Source: Octopus vulgaris (Eukaryota). From it: a stretch of 64,000 bases of DNA. The stretch covers positions 70,804,001 to 70,868,000 of the forward strand of contig OX597822.1 of assembly GCA_951406725.2 (NCBI GenBank), in the 5' to 3' direction. Positions 1-14,196 of this stretch are shown piece after piece (position 1 is the stretch's first letter; every line of letters begins with the position of its first letter). Below the pieces are notes generated by a model. That model was not told where the DNA came from. It worked only from the letters and a program-made list of their open reading frames with translations, and ran no database searches. Made by a program: the position numbers and the translations under genes.

Positions 1-194
1 ACATATTATATATGTAATGTGTGTGGGTATGTATATATCTGTAACATTTTTGTGTGTATGTGTATATATATATAGTTATATACACACACACACACACATA
101 TATATATATACATGCATACATACATACGTACATACATATATATATATATGTATATATATATATATGTATATATATATATGTATATATATATATG

Positions 195-236
<42 letters not shown>

Positions 237-367
237 TACATATGTATGTATATATACATACATATGTATGTATATATACATACATATGTATGTATATATA
301 CATACATACATATATATATATACATACATATGTATGTATATATACATACATATGTATGTATATATAT

Positions 368-410
<43 letters not shown>

Positions 411-420
411 TACATATGTA

Positions 421-461
<41 letters not shown>

Positions 462-471
462 TACATATGTA

Positions 472-512
<41 letters not shown>

Positions 513-530
513 TACATATATGTATATAAC
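1..530. repeat. (TA)n/(CA)n/(TACA)n compound microsatellite with higher-order units
   Basis: Direct reading; source of the YIYI-type spurious ORFs. Confidence 0.95.
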
Positions 531-1164
531 ATTATTTTTGCAGGAATGATTTTTATTTGTGTAGTTGGCTGTGTGATTTGTTTATGTGCTCTTCAGACTT
601 GAGATTTCTCTGAAGTCTCCACATAGAGTTCATTCCACTCCAAGACTATATTATATATGTTTTTGCCTGATTTGTATTTCTTTGCCATCATTTCAATGTT
701 GTTGTTGCTGCTGCTGCAATTTTGTTTTATAGTATAAAAGCTATACATCTAACATCAAATTGGTTAACTCTCCAATATTTGGTAACAGGTTCCATCAACT
801 TACTTGCTTTTACAGACTTCCACCATCCCTTATCGTTTTATAATCTCATATTATATATAATTTTATTATATAATATCATAATAGTGCGTGTGTGTATGTG
901 TGGACGTGCATGCATGCGTGTGTGTGTGGGGGGAGGGGCGAGAGATGGGGGAAAGAGAGGGAAGGAGGAAGGACCAAACTAGATGTTTTACAATATTTAA
1001 TTCCACCTTCAGATTCAGTCTAGCTCAGCTTGGGCGTTTATATATTTCCTCACTTAATAAAATATGTGCCATAAATATACTCTATTGCTTTATACAAGAA
1101 ACTAGATTTTTATTATTATTATTATTATTATCGTTATTATTATTATTGTTGTTGTTGTTGTTAA

Positions 1165-1630
1165 GGCAGCAAGTTGGCAGAATTGTTAACATGCTGGATG
1201 AAATGCTTAGCGGTATTTTGCCTGTCGCTACATTCTGAGTTCAAATTCCACCGAGGTCAACTTTGCCTTTCATCCTTTCAAGAGTCAATGAAATAAGTAC
1301 CAGTTACGCACTGGGGTCGATGTCATCGACTAGCCCCCTCCCCCAAAATTTCAGGCCTTGTGCCTATAATAGCATGCATTATTATTATTGCAGCTAGCTG
1401 GCAGAACTGTTAGCATGCCAGGCAAAATGCTTAATGGCATTTCATCCATCCTTACGTTTTGAGTTCAAATTCTGCAAGGTTGACCTTGCCTTTTATCCTT
1501 TTGGGATCGATAAAATATGTACCAGTTGAACACTGAGGTTGATGTGACTTCACCCCCTCCCCCGAAATTACTGGCCTTGTGTCAAAATTTGAAACCATTA
1601 TTACTATTGATATTATTATTATCATCATCA

Positions 1631-1676
<46 letters not shown>

Positions 1677-2032
1677 GCTCTGGTTGACTTTGAAATAGGT
1701 ACCAGTTTAGCACTGGTGTCCATGTAATCGACTAGTACCCCCCTCCCACCACCAATTTCAGGCCTTATTCCCATAGTAGGCAGTTTTATTATTATCATTA
1801 TTATTATTATTAATATAATAAAGGCTGTGAGCTGGCAGAACCATTTGCGTGCCAGGCAAAGTGCTTAGTGGCATTTCATCCGTTTTTACATTCTGAGTTC
1901 AAATTCCGCCAAGGTCGACTTTGCCTTTCATCCTTTCGGGGTCGATAAATTAAGTACCATTCGAGTACTGGGTGTCAATGTGATCGACTTAAGGCCCCCA
2001 ATTTCAGGCCTTGTGCCTTGAGTAGAAAGGAT
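1165..2032 (+). mobile_element. Head-to-tail array of ~4 tRNA-derived SINEs (family A) separated by (ATT)n
   Basis: Repeated unit gagctggcagaa...gagttcaaattcc (A/B-box-like) followed by gtcgactttgcctttcatcctttcggggtcgataaa-taagtacc (resembles the MetaSINE central domain). Confidence 0.85.
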
Positions 2033-2116
2033 TATTGTTATTATTACAATATAGATGAAATGACCAAGTGGATATTATACTAAACACCTGGTTTGCCAAT
2101 TATGAAATTATATCAT

Positions 2117-2156
<40 letters not shown>

Positions 2157-3280
2157 CATTGTAAGACATTTAGTTCTAGAAGTTTCAGCCTTACTTAAGA
2201 AACCTATAATACCCTGTTACTGTTACTTCAGCTGCAGTGGCCATTGCTATTGCTATTATTCAATACTTTCGCTTCCACTATTCCTGCTACTTGGTAAATC
2301 TATCAAAATATATAAGAACACTGAGATGATTCATTGAAAGCTGCCCTGTCATGTTAAAGAAACACTGTAGGTAATCATAACATATTATTCAATATATAAT
2401 TCCAGATACCTTCTGTTATATAATATCTGCTCATTAAGGTGTCAACATCTATTATCTCAGTGATCATTGCTGTTACAACATGGCTTTGATATTCACTATT
2501 GACACTCACACACATACATACATCCTATGTCAATTCTTCAGGTATTATAATATCTGCATGCTGTCTCTTGAAAATTATATTCCAACACCTACAGTGGTGT
2601 TAGAGTTATGAATTCTTATAATAGATATGACTCAGACATTCTGCTGCGTTAAACCCTGGTTTTACCTTTATTCTACAGAAACATTGCAACAATTTTGTTC
2701 TAACTAGAGGCTGATAAATGCTAATGCCTCTCTTGATTTTTTCTGCCCCATAAATCTACGCTTTTCTCCCCTCCTTAAATGTGTTATTTTGCTTTCTGTG
2801 ACCTCCTGTAAAAAATTTCTGTTTCCATTACAATATCTTCAGGTTTAAAAAAGAAAAAAATATTATGTTTCTTGGTGGAAAGCTTTCCCCAACACAAATC
2901 CTGTTGAACACACTTTGTAGCTTCTATAAAATTACTCAACCTGCTAAAAATAACTGAAATTTCCCTCAAATAGCATGCTATCATCTTTAAAAAAAAAAAA
3001 AAAAAAAAAACAAGACACATTGGATGATATAGATCTGGAAAAGCTAAGTCTGAAAATAAAATTAGATTGGAAAACCTTTAACATTTGCTCTGCTTTTCAG
3101 GACAAATCTATGGTTGAAAAACAGCAACACACTTGTTCTTTGTTGTTGCACGATAATCATTCTACCAAATCACTGATTAAAAGTCCCCCCCACTCATATC
3201 TATGGTGCATTATGTTACAGAATTACATGTCTTATTTACTACTAAAATCTTCACATGCTCTATTAACCATTTATTGTGTA

Positions 3281-3441
3281 GGTGCAGGAGTGGCTGTGTG
3301 GAAAGTAGCTTGTTTACCAACCACAGGGTTCTGGGTTCAGTCCCACTGCATTGCACCTTGGGCAGTGTCTTCTACTATAGCCTTGGGCTGACCAAAACCT
3401 TGTGAGTGGATTTGGTAGACGGAAACTGAAAGAAGCCCGTC

Positions 3442-3477
<36 letters not shown>

Positions 3478-3667
3478 TTTTGTCCCCACCAACATTGCTT
3501 GACAACTGGTGCTGGTGTGTTTATGTCCCTGTAACTTAGCGGTTCGGCAAAAGAGACCGATAGAATAAGTACTAGGCTTACAAAGAATAAGTCCTGGGGT
3601 CGATTTCCTCGACTAAAGGTGGTGCTCCAACATGGCCACAGTCAAATGACTGAAACAAGTAAAAGAA
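3281..3667 (+). mobile_element. Full-length tRNA-derived SINE (family B)
   Basis: ggtgcaggagtggctgtgtgg...gggttcagtccc head; ccttgggca core; internal (TA)(TG) tract; tail gactgaaacaagtaaaag. Many copies in the window. Confidence 0.88.
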
Positions 3668-6600
3668 AGCACATCATTAAAATGATTAAAACTCTACTAT
3701 AATATAACTTATTTCCCTTATGAGGATAAAAACTTATTCCTATCTCAAATATCCAGATTAGATTTAGTGTTTAAAACCCTTACTCTGTGGGAAACAAGTA
3801 TACATGGTCCTGTGCTGTGTGTACACTGAGACCTGGAAACAGAGTTAACCCATTTTTAATAGTAGTAGTCTTTCTGGAATTCTCTATTTCATATGATGTA
3901 GTAAACACATTTCATTTTTACTGCAAGAACTGATTTGCATATGAAATGATAAGCTAAAATTTAATCAATGCGTTGAGGGTTAATTTGACTCAAAATTTCT
4001 CTATTTTGAGTACCTAAATCTATTATTGAAATATTGTTGCTAACATTGACATTAGAGCTATTCTCTAATTGTTGGACCCACATTAAATGCATGTCTCTGA
4101 CCTTGGCTCCCCACTCCATCTCTTCATTCTATCATCATTACAAGACATTCTGTTTCTCTGAATGAGCTCTGTTTTTCCCTGTGTCATCCATTCATTAAAT
4201 TTTATTTCTTTTTGATCTCTGCATTCATTGTCATTATACAGGAGTCTAGATTGAAAACTCTGTCCAGTTCCTTCTTGGACACCCTCTTGAATATTTCTGT
4301 CACAATACTCTGAATTCCAGACATGGTTTCTGTTAGTTCTTAGGTTTCACATATGAATGAATACATTTATCTATATGATAGATAAATATCTACTCTTCTT
4401 GAAGTTAACTGTGTTCTCTATTTACAGATGTGGATTAGATTTCAAATTTATAATAAAACTATTTAGATGTGAAATTTATTTCTATCTCTCTCTATATATA
4501 TCAACAGTTGAAAAAGATACTGTGATATACCTGAATTACTGTATCATAAGAATTCAATGGTATCTGTAACAAAGACGTCTACTATTAAGAATCAAAAGAG
4601 ATATACTTGAATATCTAGATCATTAAAATATAATTACCAGAAAAATAATAAAGATACTGGAGTACATTCTACAGTACAACTACAGTATTTCTCATTACAT
4701 TATCCTAATTAGTAAAGAACAATAAGATTTATTTGAACTGAAGCTTGTTTGAATACTTTAATTATTTTTTGTTTTTGTTTTTGTTTTGTAACTTCTCTCT
4801 AACCTGTTGCTTTTACCAGCAGGATATTCTCTTAATGGTTTTACGGCAAAAGAGAAAGTTCTTCTTTACAATGGAAATGAATCTCATATAAACTTTTAGA
4901 ATATAGTTTCCAATTTTTGCCATAAATAACAGAAAAGATGTGTGAAGAACAAGAACTTCAGGGAGGGAGGAAACTATTTGTAATTAGGTAATTCGGAGGA
5001 TTATTTCATTTAGATATGTAGTGAATAGTAGACTGAATGAATGTAATTTGTAATGTGTTCAGCTATTTGTGAGGGTTAGCTGACAGTTGTGCATTATATG
5101 TGCTGAAAGTGAATAATCTGTAAATTATGAAGTTTCTGTAAATTTATTGTTGTTTATTTTATGTAATAACCTGAGACGTTAAAGAAAGTAGTTATTTCAG
5201 TTAATTTAAGGCAGTTGGTGTTTAAGAATGAGTAACAAAAGATAGTAACAAAGGAAAGGGGGAGGGGGAGACTGAGGTGTAGATTTGTCCATTTGATGTT
5301 CATGCTAATTAATCTGCTTAATGAAATGTTATTGTTGTGTTTGTGTTGGTGAAAAGGGTGGGTCTTCATTTTAGAAAGACCACTGTCAAGAGCTTCCACT
5401 GAAATATAATGTATGATGATGATGATGGCACTCATTTACAAGTATCTCTTGGTCTCAAGAGAAAGGCACACACTCACATACAAACACACACACGACAGAC
5501 TTCTTTCAATTTCCATCTACCAAATCTACTCACAAAGCTTTGGTTGGCTTATGGTTATTGTAAAAAAAACCAAAAAAACTGCCCAATGTGTTGTGCTGTA
5601 GGACTGACACCATGTAGTTGCAGAGCAAGCCTCTTAATCAACATAGCCATTCTTGTGTCCGTGTGAGAACTAATTTAACTGAGCAATCAAGATTTGTACT
5701 GGCACAACAGAATTTTGGTTCGCCTGATCAGAATACTGTTGTTTAAGCACCTGAATGATTACAGGAGCATAAAGATGTCTTTGTTAATTACCAACTATGA
5801 GGAAAACAGGAATCTGTTGGGTACAGTAAAGAAGGAACAGGTATAGACTGCTTTAGGAGCATCTCTTCTGATAGTCACAGTTGAACCCTTCTGGGGCTTG
5901 AGTTGTTTTGTGTTCTCGAGTTATTCTTCAAACAGAGAAGCGAGGTAGCTTGCTGTGGACATACACTTCAACACATTAGATCTTGGGGTTAGTTTCTTTA
6001 TGCATGGCAGCAGCTACAAACAGTTAGTATTGTATCTACTCTTATCTTTTGTTGTATATTAAACATACCAATGATGTTTATGTTGATTTCTATAGAATTT
6101 CATTGAAATCTTCGTCATGCAGCTCTTCTCTGTCATGTTTGAATGTTGCACTGTTGGTCTGGTGTATTTGAATATTCCTTTCAGCTCCCAGTCTCAATTC
6201 TTCTTAATTAGACTACAACTAACAAAACAGGATTGAAATATCTTCAGCACATCTCTGAAATAAATGGATGTTAATAGACTTTCAGCCATTGTTCCAATCT
6301 GTTACTTTTCTTGATCTTACATGTCACATACAGAAGATGTGCATGTCTATATCACATAGTTTCATTCTTCTTAGCATGCTAACTTCTTCTGGCTCCCTAG
6401 GGCTGATTAAATTACTTGCTCTGCTCTTATTGCTAGAATTGCAAATTTCAAGCCATTCAATTGATACCTAGATATCATTCCAACTATTGATAACTGCATC
6501 ACTCCCCTTTTGTTACACGTAGCATAATTTCATATTGTTGCACTTAATCTAGCTTTGTCGCTAGTTTCTACTTTGTCAGCAGACCTATTCAATTTGCTGA

Positions 6601-7024
6601 AGTTCTGCTCTTTTTAATAAGGAAATCAAATAAAATCGGTTGTTAAAAGTAATCCCGTATTAAATCTCTCCCTTTCATCGATAGTGAAACATGGTCCTTT
6701 TTAATACGAAATGTTTCTACTGTAATTGAACAAACACCAGTTTTATCCTTCTACCCCACCATCATCATCATCACCACCACCACCACCACCACCATACCAT
6801 TAGCAGTATGGTAATTATTACTTCTGTAATGTGCTGAATAACAGAAATTATAGATGATCCTTTAGGCTACCAATGCTGTAGAATGTTTGAGTGCAAACAA
6901 ATGAATTACTCAAGCTTCCAAGTCCTGATGGTTGGCTGCACTCTCTAGCAGCTACCGATATACAATAACACACACAAATATATCTCAACCTTATATATAT
7001 GTATATATATATATATGTATATAT

Positions 7025-7221
7025 ATAAAAGAAAAAATAAGGTACTCAGAAATCTGGATGATTTTATATTTACAGATTTTTATTAATATGTCACATGTTT
7101 TATAAATCATATATTAGCTCTTGCATCCACTCTAGTGGATTCTTCAGATTATAAAAACATATAAAAATCTGTAAATATAAAACCATCTAGATTTCTGAGT
7201 ACCTTATTTCTTCTAATATAT
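7025..7221. mobile_element. MITE-like element with ~47-bp terminal inverted repeats in a (TA)n tract
   Basis: aaataaggtactcagaaatctggatgattttatatttacagattttt versus aaaaatctgtaaatataaaaccatctagatttctgagtaccttattt (2 mismatches). Confidence 0.7.
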
Positions 7222-7278
7222 AATACCTGTACATCATCTCCAAACCTTTTAATATATTTATATATATGAATACACATA

Positions 7279-7495
7279 TGAGGGGGTGTTGAAAAGTTCC
7301 TGGCTTTAAGGGTATTGCAAGAGGCCTGGTTGGGGGCCCAACCTTCCGAGTTCTTTGACAGATCTTAAAAAAACTGAAGGACTGCTGCATTAAATGTGTG
7401 ACTCTGAGAGCGGAATATGTTGAATAAAATCATAATTAGCTGATCCTCCTGTACATTCTTTTACCCAAAGGCAGGAACTTTTCAGCATCCCCTCA
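7279..7495 (+). mobile_element. Mariner-derived MITE
   Basis: TA target duplication; TIRs tgagggggtgttgaaaagttcctggcttt / aaaggcaggaacttttcagcatcccctca; internal remnant of the mariner C-terminus (KCVTLRAEYVE*). Confidence 0.8.
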
Positions 7496-7499
7496 TAGA

Positions 7500-7560
7500 T
7501 ATATATTTATGTATATGTGTGTGTGTATATATATATATCTATGTATATATATAATGTCTG

Positions 7561-7599
<39 letters not shown>

Positions 7600-7615
7600 C
7601 ATATATGTATAAATA

Positions 7616-7663
<48 letters not shown>

Positions 7664-7672
7664 ATGTCAGTG

Positions 7673-7748
<76 letters not shown>

Positions 7749-7827
7749 ATATAATGTCAGTGATTTATGTTGTGTTTTTTGTGCTTTCATGTTTGGATTA
7801 ACTTTACATATATGTATATATATATAG

Positions 7828-7878
<51 letters not shown>

Positions 7879-7887
7879 ATGTCAGTG

Positions 7888-7933
<46 letters not shown>

Positions 7934-7980
7934 ACACACATACACACACACACACACACACATATATGTGTGTGTGTCAG
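7500..7980. repeat. Compound (TA)/(TG) microsatellite with a recurring tataatgtcagtgatttat spacer
   Basis: The spacer recurs at ~7660, 7750 and 7875, with a variant at 7550. Confidence 0.9.
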
Positions 7981-8559
7981 TGAGTTTACTTTCTTCCTAA
8001 TCCATACTGATTGGCAGCACTTTCAGGTGTGTGTGTGCACGTGTGCGCACACACACACACAACCTATATATTATGGAAAAGTCATTTTAGTCATTTAAGA
8101 AACAAAAAAAACCTATTATACTCACATTTTATTTGTTTTATCCTTAATAGCACTGTCTATTATAAAGCTGCTCTTCCCCAATGTAACATTTTCGGTTTAA
8201 TCACATGGCCTCAGATCAAGTCACTTGGCAAACAAGTACAACTTGGAAGTGTGTGTGTGTGTGTTCTTGCTGTAAGCCTTTGTTTTTGATTATGGGGAAG
8301 AAATTGTAAATACTAATCATTGAACCATGAAAAGTGAGTGTCCCCTATGCATATTCAGCCATAAGGCAAAGTGGCAGAATGAATTTATTCCACAGGGACA
8401 TAGAATGTTGGCTGTAGAATGCTTTGAACTTGTGATCAATAAGTAATCTAGCAAGTTGGTTATACAGCTATAGTGGGTTGAAGAAAGTTTTTGATGACTG
8501 TTGACAGTATATATTACAGAAAAAATATTTTGGCACCAAGCTATTTTTATTTTTATTTT

Positions 8560-8945
8560 TTTACATGTTTCACGCATTGGATTGTGGCCATGCTGGGTCC
8601 TCACTTTGAAGGGTTTTAGTTGAACCAATCAACCCCAAAACTTAATTTTAAAAAAAAATTGGTACTTATTTTATCAGACTCTATTGCTGAAATGCTATGC
8701 TAGGTATGGGGATATAAACAAGCCAACACTTGTTTCCAAGATGTAGGAGGTTGGGTGCTAATGCAGGCACAAAGACACACACACACATACATGATGGGCT
8801 TCTTCACAGTTTCCATCTACCAAATTCACTCACAAGGCATTAGTCAACCTGGGGCTGTAGTAGAAGATGCATCATGCTGTGTGACTGAACCTGAAACCAC
8901 ATGGTTGCAAAGCAAGCTTCTTAACCCATGGCCATACCTGTGTCT
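8560..8945 (-). mobile_element. SINE family B, degraded
   Basis: Reverse complement of the family B head and tail (cagtttccatctaccaaattcactcacaaggc). Confidence 0.75.
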
Positions 8946-8948
8946 ATC

Positions 8949-8988
<40 letters not shown>

Positions 8989-8992
8989 CTAA

Positions 8993-9421
8993 TGCACTGA
9001 GCTGGCAGAATCATTAGCATGTCAAGCAAAATGCTTAGTAGCATTTTGTCTGTCTTTACATTCTGGGTTCTGCTGAGGCCGACTTTGTCTTTCATCCTTG
9101 ATAAAATGAGGCACCAGTGAAACACTGGGGTCAATATAATCGACTAGTCCACTTCCCCAAAAATTTTCAGGCCTTGTACCTATAGTAGAAAGGGTTATTA
9201 TCATTATTATCATTATTATCATTATTATTATTATTAAGGTGATGAGCTGGCAGAATTTTTAGCATGCGGGACAAAATGCTTAGCAGAATTTCGCCTGTCG
9301 CTATGTTCCAAGTTCAAATTCCGCTGAGGTCGACTTTGCTTTTCATCCTTTCGGGCTCAATAAATTAAGTATCAGCGCCCTCCCCCAAAATTTCAGCCCT
9401 TGTGCCTTTAGTAGAAAGGAT
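8993..9421 (+). mobile_element. Two tandem SINE family A copies in (ATT)n
   Basis: Same unit as 1165-2032. Confidence 0.85.
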
Positions 9422-10139
9422 TATTATTATTATTATTATTATTATTTTCTCAGTGCTTTTCCTATTGATGAAATTGTGTTTCTTTGCTATTGTGACCTCA
9501 GCCAATTGTTGACTTTTATTGTCTTTCATACTCTCTCTCTCTCTCTCTCACTCAATCACCCCAAGACACAGCTTTGGTGTGACAGTAAGATCGTTTTTTC
9601 CCCTCTCCTTCTAGCTCACACAAGACTGTCTGTCAGTACATTCTTTCGGTTATGAACCATTATCTTTGCTGCATTCTTCTGTAAATTGTTTCCAACTTGT
9701 CTTGCTGTTGCTAAACGAACAAACAAGCTCCAGTAACGATCGTCATCCCACAACCACTGTGAAATTGAGACCCCACTTGCAAACTCTATTACTGTATTTC
9801 CCTTCTTTACAAAAGACAGCTTTTATCTTGAACTTCTGCTTCTTGCTGACTTGTAAATTAATTATGCACCATAAATATGCACTGCAAATGTCTGTTATTC
9901 CCCATGGATCTGCCAATAGTGACTCAGTCAGAGCAGAGAATTTATTTTCAGATAATTCCGGAAAGAAATCAATTCATTGGTGTGTCATAAACCGATAATG
10001 TACAGTATGAATATTCTTTCTTTTAGGGGGTTTATGTGTTGTTCACATTACTGTTATTTTCTTTACCACTTATCATATTTCCCTTAATTCGGACAACTCC
10101 CAGCCTTGAGTAGACAGCATAAAAATGCAAGATGCTTTC

Positions 10140-10262
10140 TTATTATGATCATTATTATTATCATTATTGTTGTTATTATTATTATTATTATTATCATCAT
10201 CATTATTATTATCATCATTATTATTATTATCATTATTATTATTGTCATTATTATTATTATTC
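10140..10262. repeat. (ATT/ATC)n trinucleotide microsatellite
   Basis: Direct reading. Confidence 0.95.
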
Positions 10263-11153
10263 ACTTTTTCCATTACTTCTCTACTCAGCACCAGAAAAAT
10301 GTTCAATTCTTATGCTCTATCTTGTCTCTGCCTACTGGACTATGGTGTTAGGTTCTGATTTATTGTTTCCGCAGACACCACCACCGGCATCTCCCCTGCT
10401 GTCGCCATCTCCTCCCCCTCCACTCCTTCCATTATTACCACTATAATTACCACCACTAATGCTTTCACTACCGCTGTTATTATTGCTATAAACTCCCATC
10501 ATAACTTCTGCCACCATCTTCGACCCACCAACACTCTCTCTACCACACTCAACTACTTATTCCACTAACCCTGTCACCTCTCCTCCTTTCATGACCACCA
10601 CCACCACCACCACCATCAACACAACAGTCACTATCACCAGCATTAACAGCACTGCCACCATCATCACCACTATTATAACTACAGTTTCACTTCTCCATTA
10701 CCATATCCCCACCGCTCTCTTACCATATTTCTTAGTATCACTCTCTCTGTCCCATTGTCCTTCCTATAATGTAGTCTTTGGTCATTTAGCCATGATGTGT
10801 AGTTACATACATATTAGTGGTGTTGTTACTGAGAGTTGTGTGTATGTAGGTGTTTTATGATGGCTTGTATGGTTTAGTTTTCAAATCCTACTTGTGGACT
10901 TTGATTTTCCCAAAGTAATTTACTAAAATAAGAACCTGTAATATAACGGCACCAAGTTTTAATTCAGTGCACTTTATCTATCTGTCAATCTCTCCGTCTG
11001 TCTATCCATCTGTCTTTCCAGGTATCCATCTGCGTATCCATCTATTCAATCATTCTCTTATTTGTCTATCTGCTTGCCTGTCCATCCACCAGACTTCACC
11101 CCTCCCCTGACCTTACTGGCCTTGTACCTAAATTTGAAACTATTATTATTATT

Positions 11154-11194
<41 letters not shown>

Positions 11195-11212
11195 CATCAT
11201 TATTATTATTAA

Positions 11213-11740
11213 AGCGGTGAGCTGGCAGAATCGTTAGCACACTGGGTGAAATGTTTAGCGGTATTTCATTCATCGTTACAATCTGAGCTCAGATTCCATT
11301 GATGTCTTTGAGGACTTTGCCTTTCATCTTTTCGGGGTCAATAAATTAAGTACCAGTGATTACACCACTGGGGTTGGTGTAATCAACCAGTCCCCTCCCC
11401 CAAAATTTCAGGCCTTGTGCCTATAGTAGAAAGGATTATTATTATTATTATTATTATTAAGGCAGTGAGCTGGCAGAATTGTTAGCACACTGGACGGAAT
11501 GCTTAGTGGTATTTCACCCGTCGTTACATTCTGAGTTCAAATTCCGCCTTTCGGGGGTTGATAAATTAGGTACCAGTGAAATACTGGGGCCAATGTCATT
11601 GACTTAATACCCTCCCCCAAGCTGCCCTTGTTACAGAAATTTGAAATTATTGTTATTATTAAGGCGGCAACCTGGCAGAAATGTTAGCATGCTGGGCAAA
11701 ATGTTTAGTGGTATTTCATCTATCTTTACATTCTGAATTT
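11213..11740 (+). mobile_element. Three tandem SINE family A copies (last one truncated)
   Basis: Same unit, separated by (ATT)n. Confidence 0.85.
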
Positions 11741-11774
11741 GTTACATTATAAGTTTGTTTCAGAATTGTAGATT

Positions 11775-12370
11775 GCATAGCTAGTATTTTATGTAGGATA
11801 TGGGCAGTTCCCATGAGCACTATCTTTTAAATTTCTGCCATTTTGGGGTTTCCTGGTATCTGAGCTAGGTAGCAATCAGCCCCTTTTGCTATCATTCTGA
11901 GGGCACCTATGATAACAGGCATTGTTTTAGTCTTCAGGTTCTACCTCTTACCAATTTCTATTTCAAGATCTTTATACTTCCTCAGTTTTTGGTAGGTCTT
12001 GACAGATACATTTATGTCAATTGGGACAGTCATTTCAATGAGGAGGCATGATTTTTGTCTGAAGTCTTTCAATATAATATCTGGCCTATTCGCATCTATC
12101 TTTCTGTCAGTTTGAACAGTGAATGAAGTTCAAGAGGACTGAGATGTGATCATTTTCAAACACCGAAGGTGGTTTGTGTTCCCACCAGCTTTATCATGGA
12201 GCAGGTCAAGGTTTTTGCAAATTACCTAGTGAATGTACTGTGCTGCTCTATCATGCCTGTTGAGATACTCTGTAGGCACAAGAAGACTGCACATGGAGAC
12301 AACATGATCAATGGTTTCATTTTGTTGTTTACATACACAACATGTCGAGCTACTGACATTCCTTAATATG
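11775..12370 (-). mobile_element. 5'-truncated R4/Dong-clade non-LTR retrotransposon fossil (zinc knuckle plus restriction-like endonuclease)
   Basis: Minus-strand translation with stops and a frameshift: CCVCKQQNETIDHVVSMC...RHD (CCHC), then NRPDIILKD...LIEMTVPID...KYKDLEIEI...PVIIGAL...IPG...LMGTAHILHKIL. Confidence 0.9.
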
Positions 12371-12471
12371 TTATTATTATTATTATCATTATTAAAAAAA
12401 AAAGAACTATTATTATTATTATTAATATTATTACTGATAGCAGGAAAATGAGTATGTAATATCCAAAAAAA

Positions 12472-12502
<31 letters not shown>

Positions 12503-12980
12503 ATTTTTTTTTTACATTACAATATTTTTATGACATTGAATTGAAATGTTGCTACAGTTTAATATTTAAATTTTGTGTGGTCTCTGATTAATTACATTTG
12601 TAATTATCATAAATGAGACATTTTATATGCTAATTCTTTAGGAAAGACATAGCAATACATTGAATTGATATATTTGCCGGCATTTTATCTTTTCCTCCCA
12701 GATAAAGCTAACATTATCAAAATCATTTGTTGAGGAAAGAATCTAGTCAAGTGAATTAATTTCCAGTATGTTACTGATATATATATTATCGACCCTGGGA
12801 AGAATGAAAAATAATGTCAACTCTGGCTGGATATGAATTCAGTAATTAAAAGATTATAGCTAAGTGGAACTAGCTTGCTATTTAGTCAAGCTCTTCACTG
12901 TTTTTACTTCTATTAGTGGAACAAAATAATAATAATAATAATAATAATGATGATAATAATAATAATAATAATAATAATAT

Positions 12981-13465
12981 TTCCCTGATGCAGTACCAGC
13001 CAATGGCTCTCATGGCTTCTGATCTTAAATGATTGGAAGTGTTATCATGTACATTGTTTTGTCTTGGTATAAAAGATGGGTTACAGCAAATATTCTGCTC
13101 AATACCACAGATTTGCTTGTAAGCAGTGGGGAAGTATCATAGCCATGGGTTGAGAGGAATTCTTTTGGAGTTTGGATAATTCACCTTTGGAAACATGGGT
13201 GGTTCATTCAACATCCTTAAACAATACTTATTCAGGGTCCTTTTGAGCGGGATGGGCTACTCAACCAGAAGAAAATTCTAACTGGGCCCCACCTGCAAGG
13301 TCATGCACTGTTTATCTTGATATGAAATCACCATGTCACGCACATATGGTTGTGATGCATGTGCTTAGTGTGCCCTTATCAGACGGGTAGTCATGATGGG
13401 TATACTGGGCTTCATATATTTTGCCCCAGTGTCACTTTGATGACATGCACTGCTCTCTCACTCAA
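12981..13465 (+). mobile_element. Non-coding retroposon (family C) ending in ctctctcactc(AAT)n
   Basis: A second, 5'-truncated copy lies at 15489-15836; both are embedded in (TAA)n. Confidence 0.75.
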
Positions 13466-13799
13466 TAATAATAATAATAAGAAGAAGAATATTAATAATA
13501 ATTTGTTTTATTGGTCACAAGATCCCAAGACATTGAGGACAATACAATGACAGCATACAAAACACACAAAGGTGGATGAGGGGGTTACATCCATTGAAAA
13601 GACGTCAACAATAACAACAGTATAACTAAAGATTCAGTAAAATTTCATAATCAGGGGCAAAGAGAGTACCTAGGATTATCTAGGCTGGGGGGGGGGGGGG
13701 GGGGACACGTCACATAAAAAAGGTTCAACATTAATCTGCAGCATGAAAAGTACCTTCTCTGAATTTTCTTTCCTTCTACCTAAAGAAAAGAAACATTAT

Positions 13800-14196
13800 C
13801 TTTTACTTGTTTCACCCATTAGACTGTGGCCATGCTGGGGCATCACTTAGAAGAATTTTTAGTTGTATGAATTGACCCCAGTTATTTATTTATTGTTTGT
13901 TATAAGCTTGATATTTATTCCAACAATTTCTTTTGCCAAACTGCTAAGTTACAGGGACATAAACACACCAACACCAGTTTTCAAGTGGTAATAGAGGACA
14001 TACAAAGATACACACAAACACACACACATACGACTGGATTCTTTTCAGTTTCCACCTACCAAGTCCATTCACAAAGGCTTTGGTCAGCCCAGGCTATAAC
14101 AGAAGACACTTGGCCTAGGTGCCATGTAGTGGGACTGAACCCAGAGCATGTGGTTGTGAAATAAGCTTTTTACCACACAACCATGCCTGTACCTGC
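13800..14196 (-). mobile_element. SINE family B
   Basis: Reverse complement of the 3281-3667 element. Confidence 0.8.

Noticed and set aside
6-602. Long YIYI/VCVC ORFs here and at ~17600, 31700, 38300, 39500 and 43900
   Set aside because: Stop-free translations of TA/TG/CA microsatellites, not genes.
1165-2032. CRISPR-like repeat/spacer appearance
   Set aside because: Units are ~200-bp SINEs in a eukaryotic intron, and there are no cas genes.
4080-4350. Possible RTE LINE 3' remnant (KYSRGCPRRNW, minus strand)
   Set aside because: Too degraded to support from a single short motif.
9666-9998. 110-aa ORF in unique sequence
   Set aside because: TTG start, no recognisable motif and no convincing splice sites.
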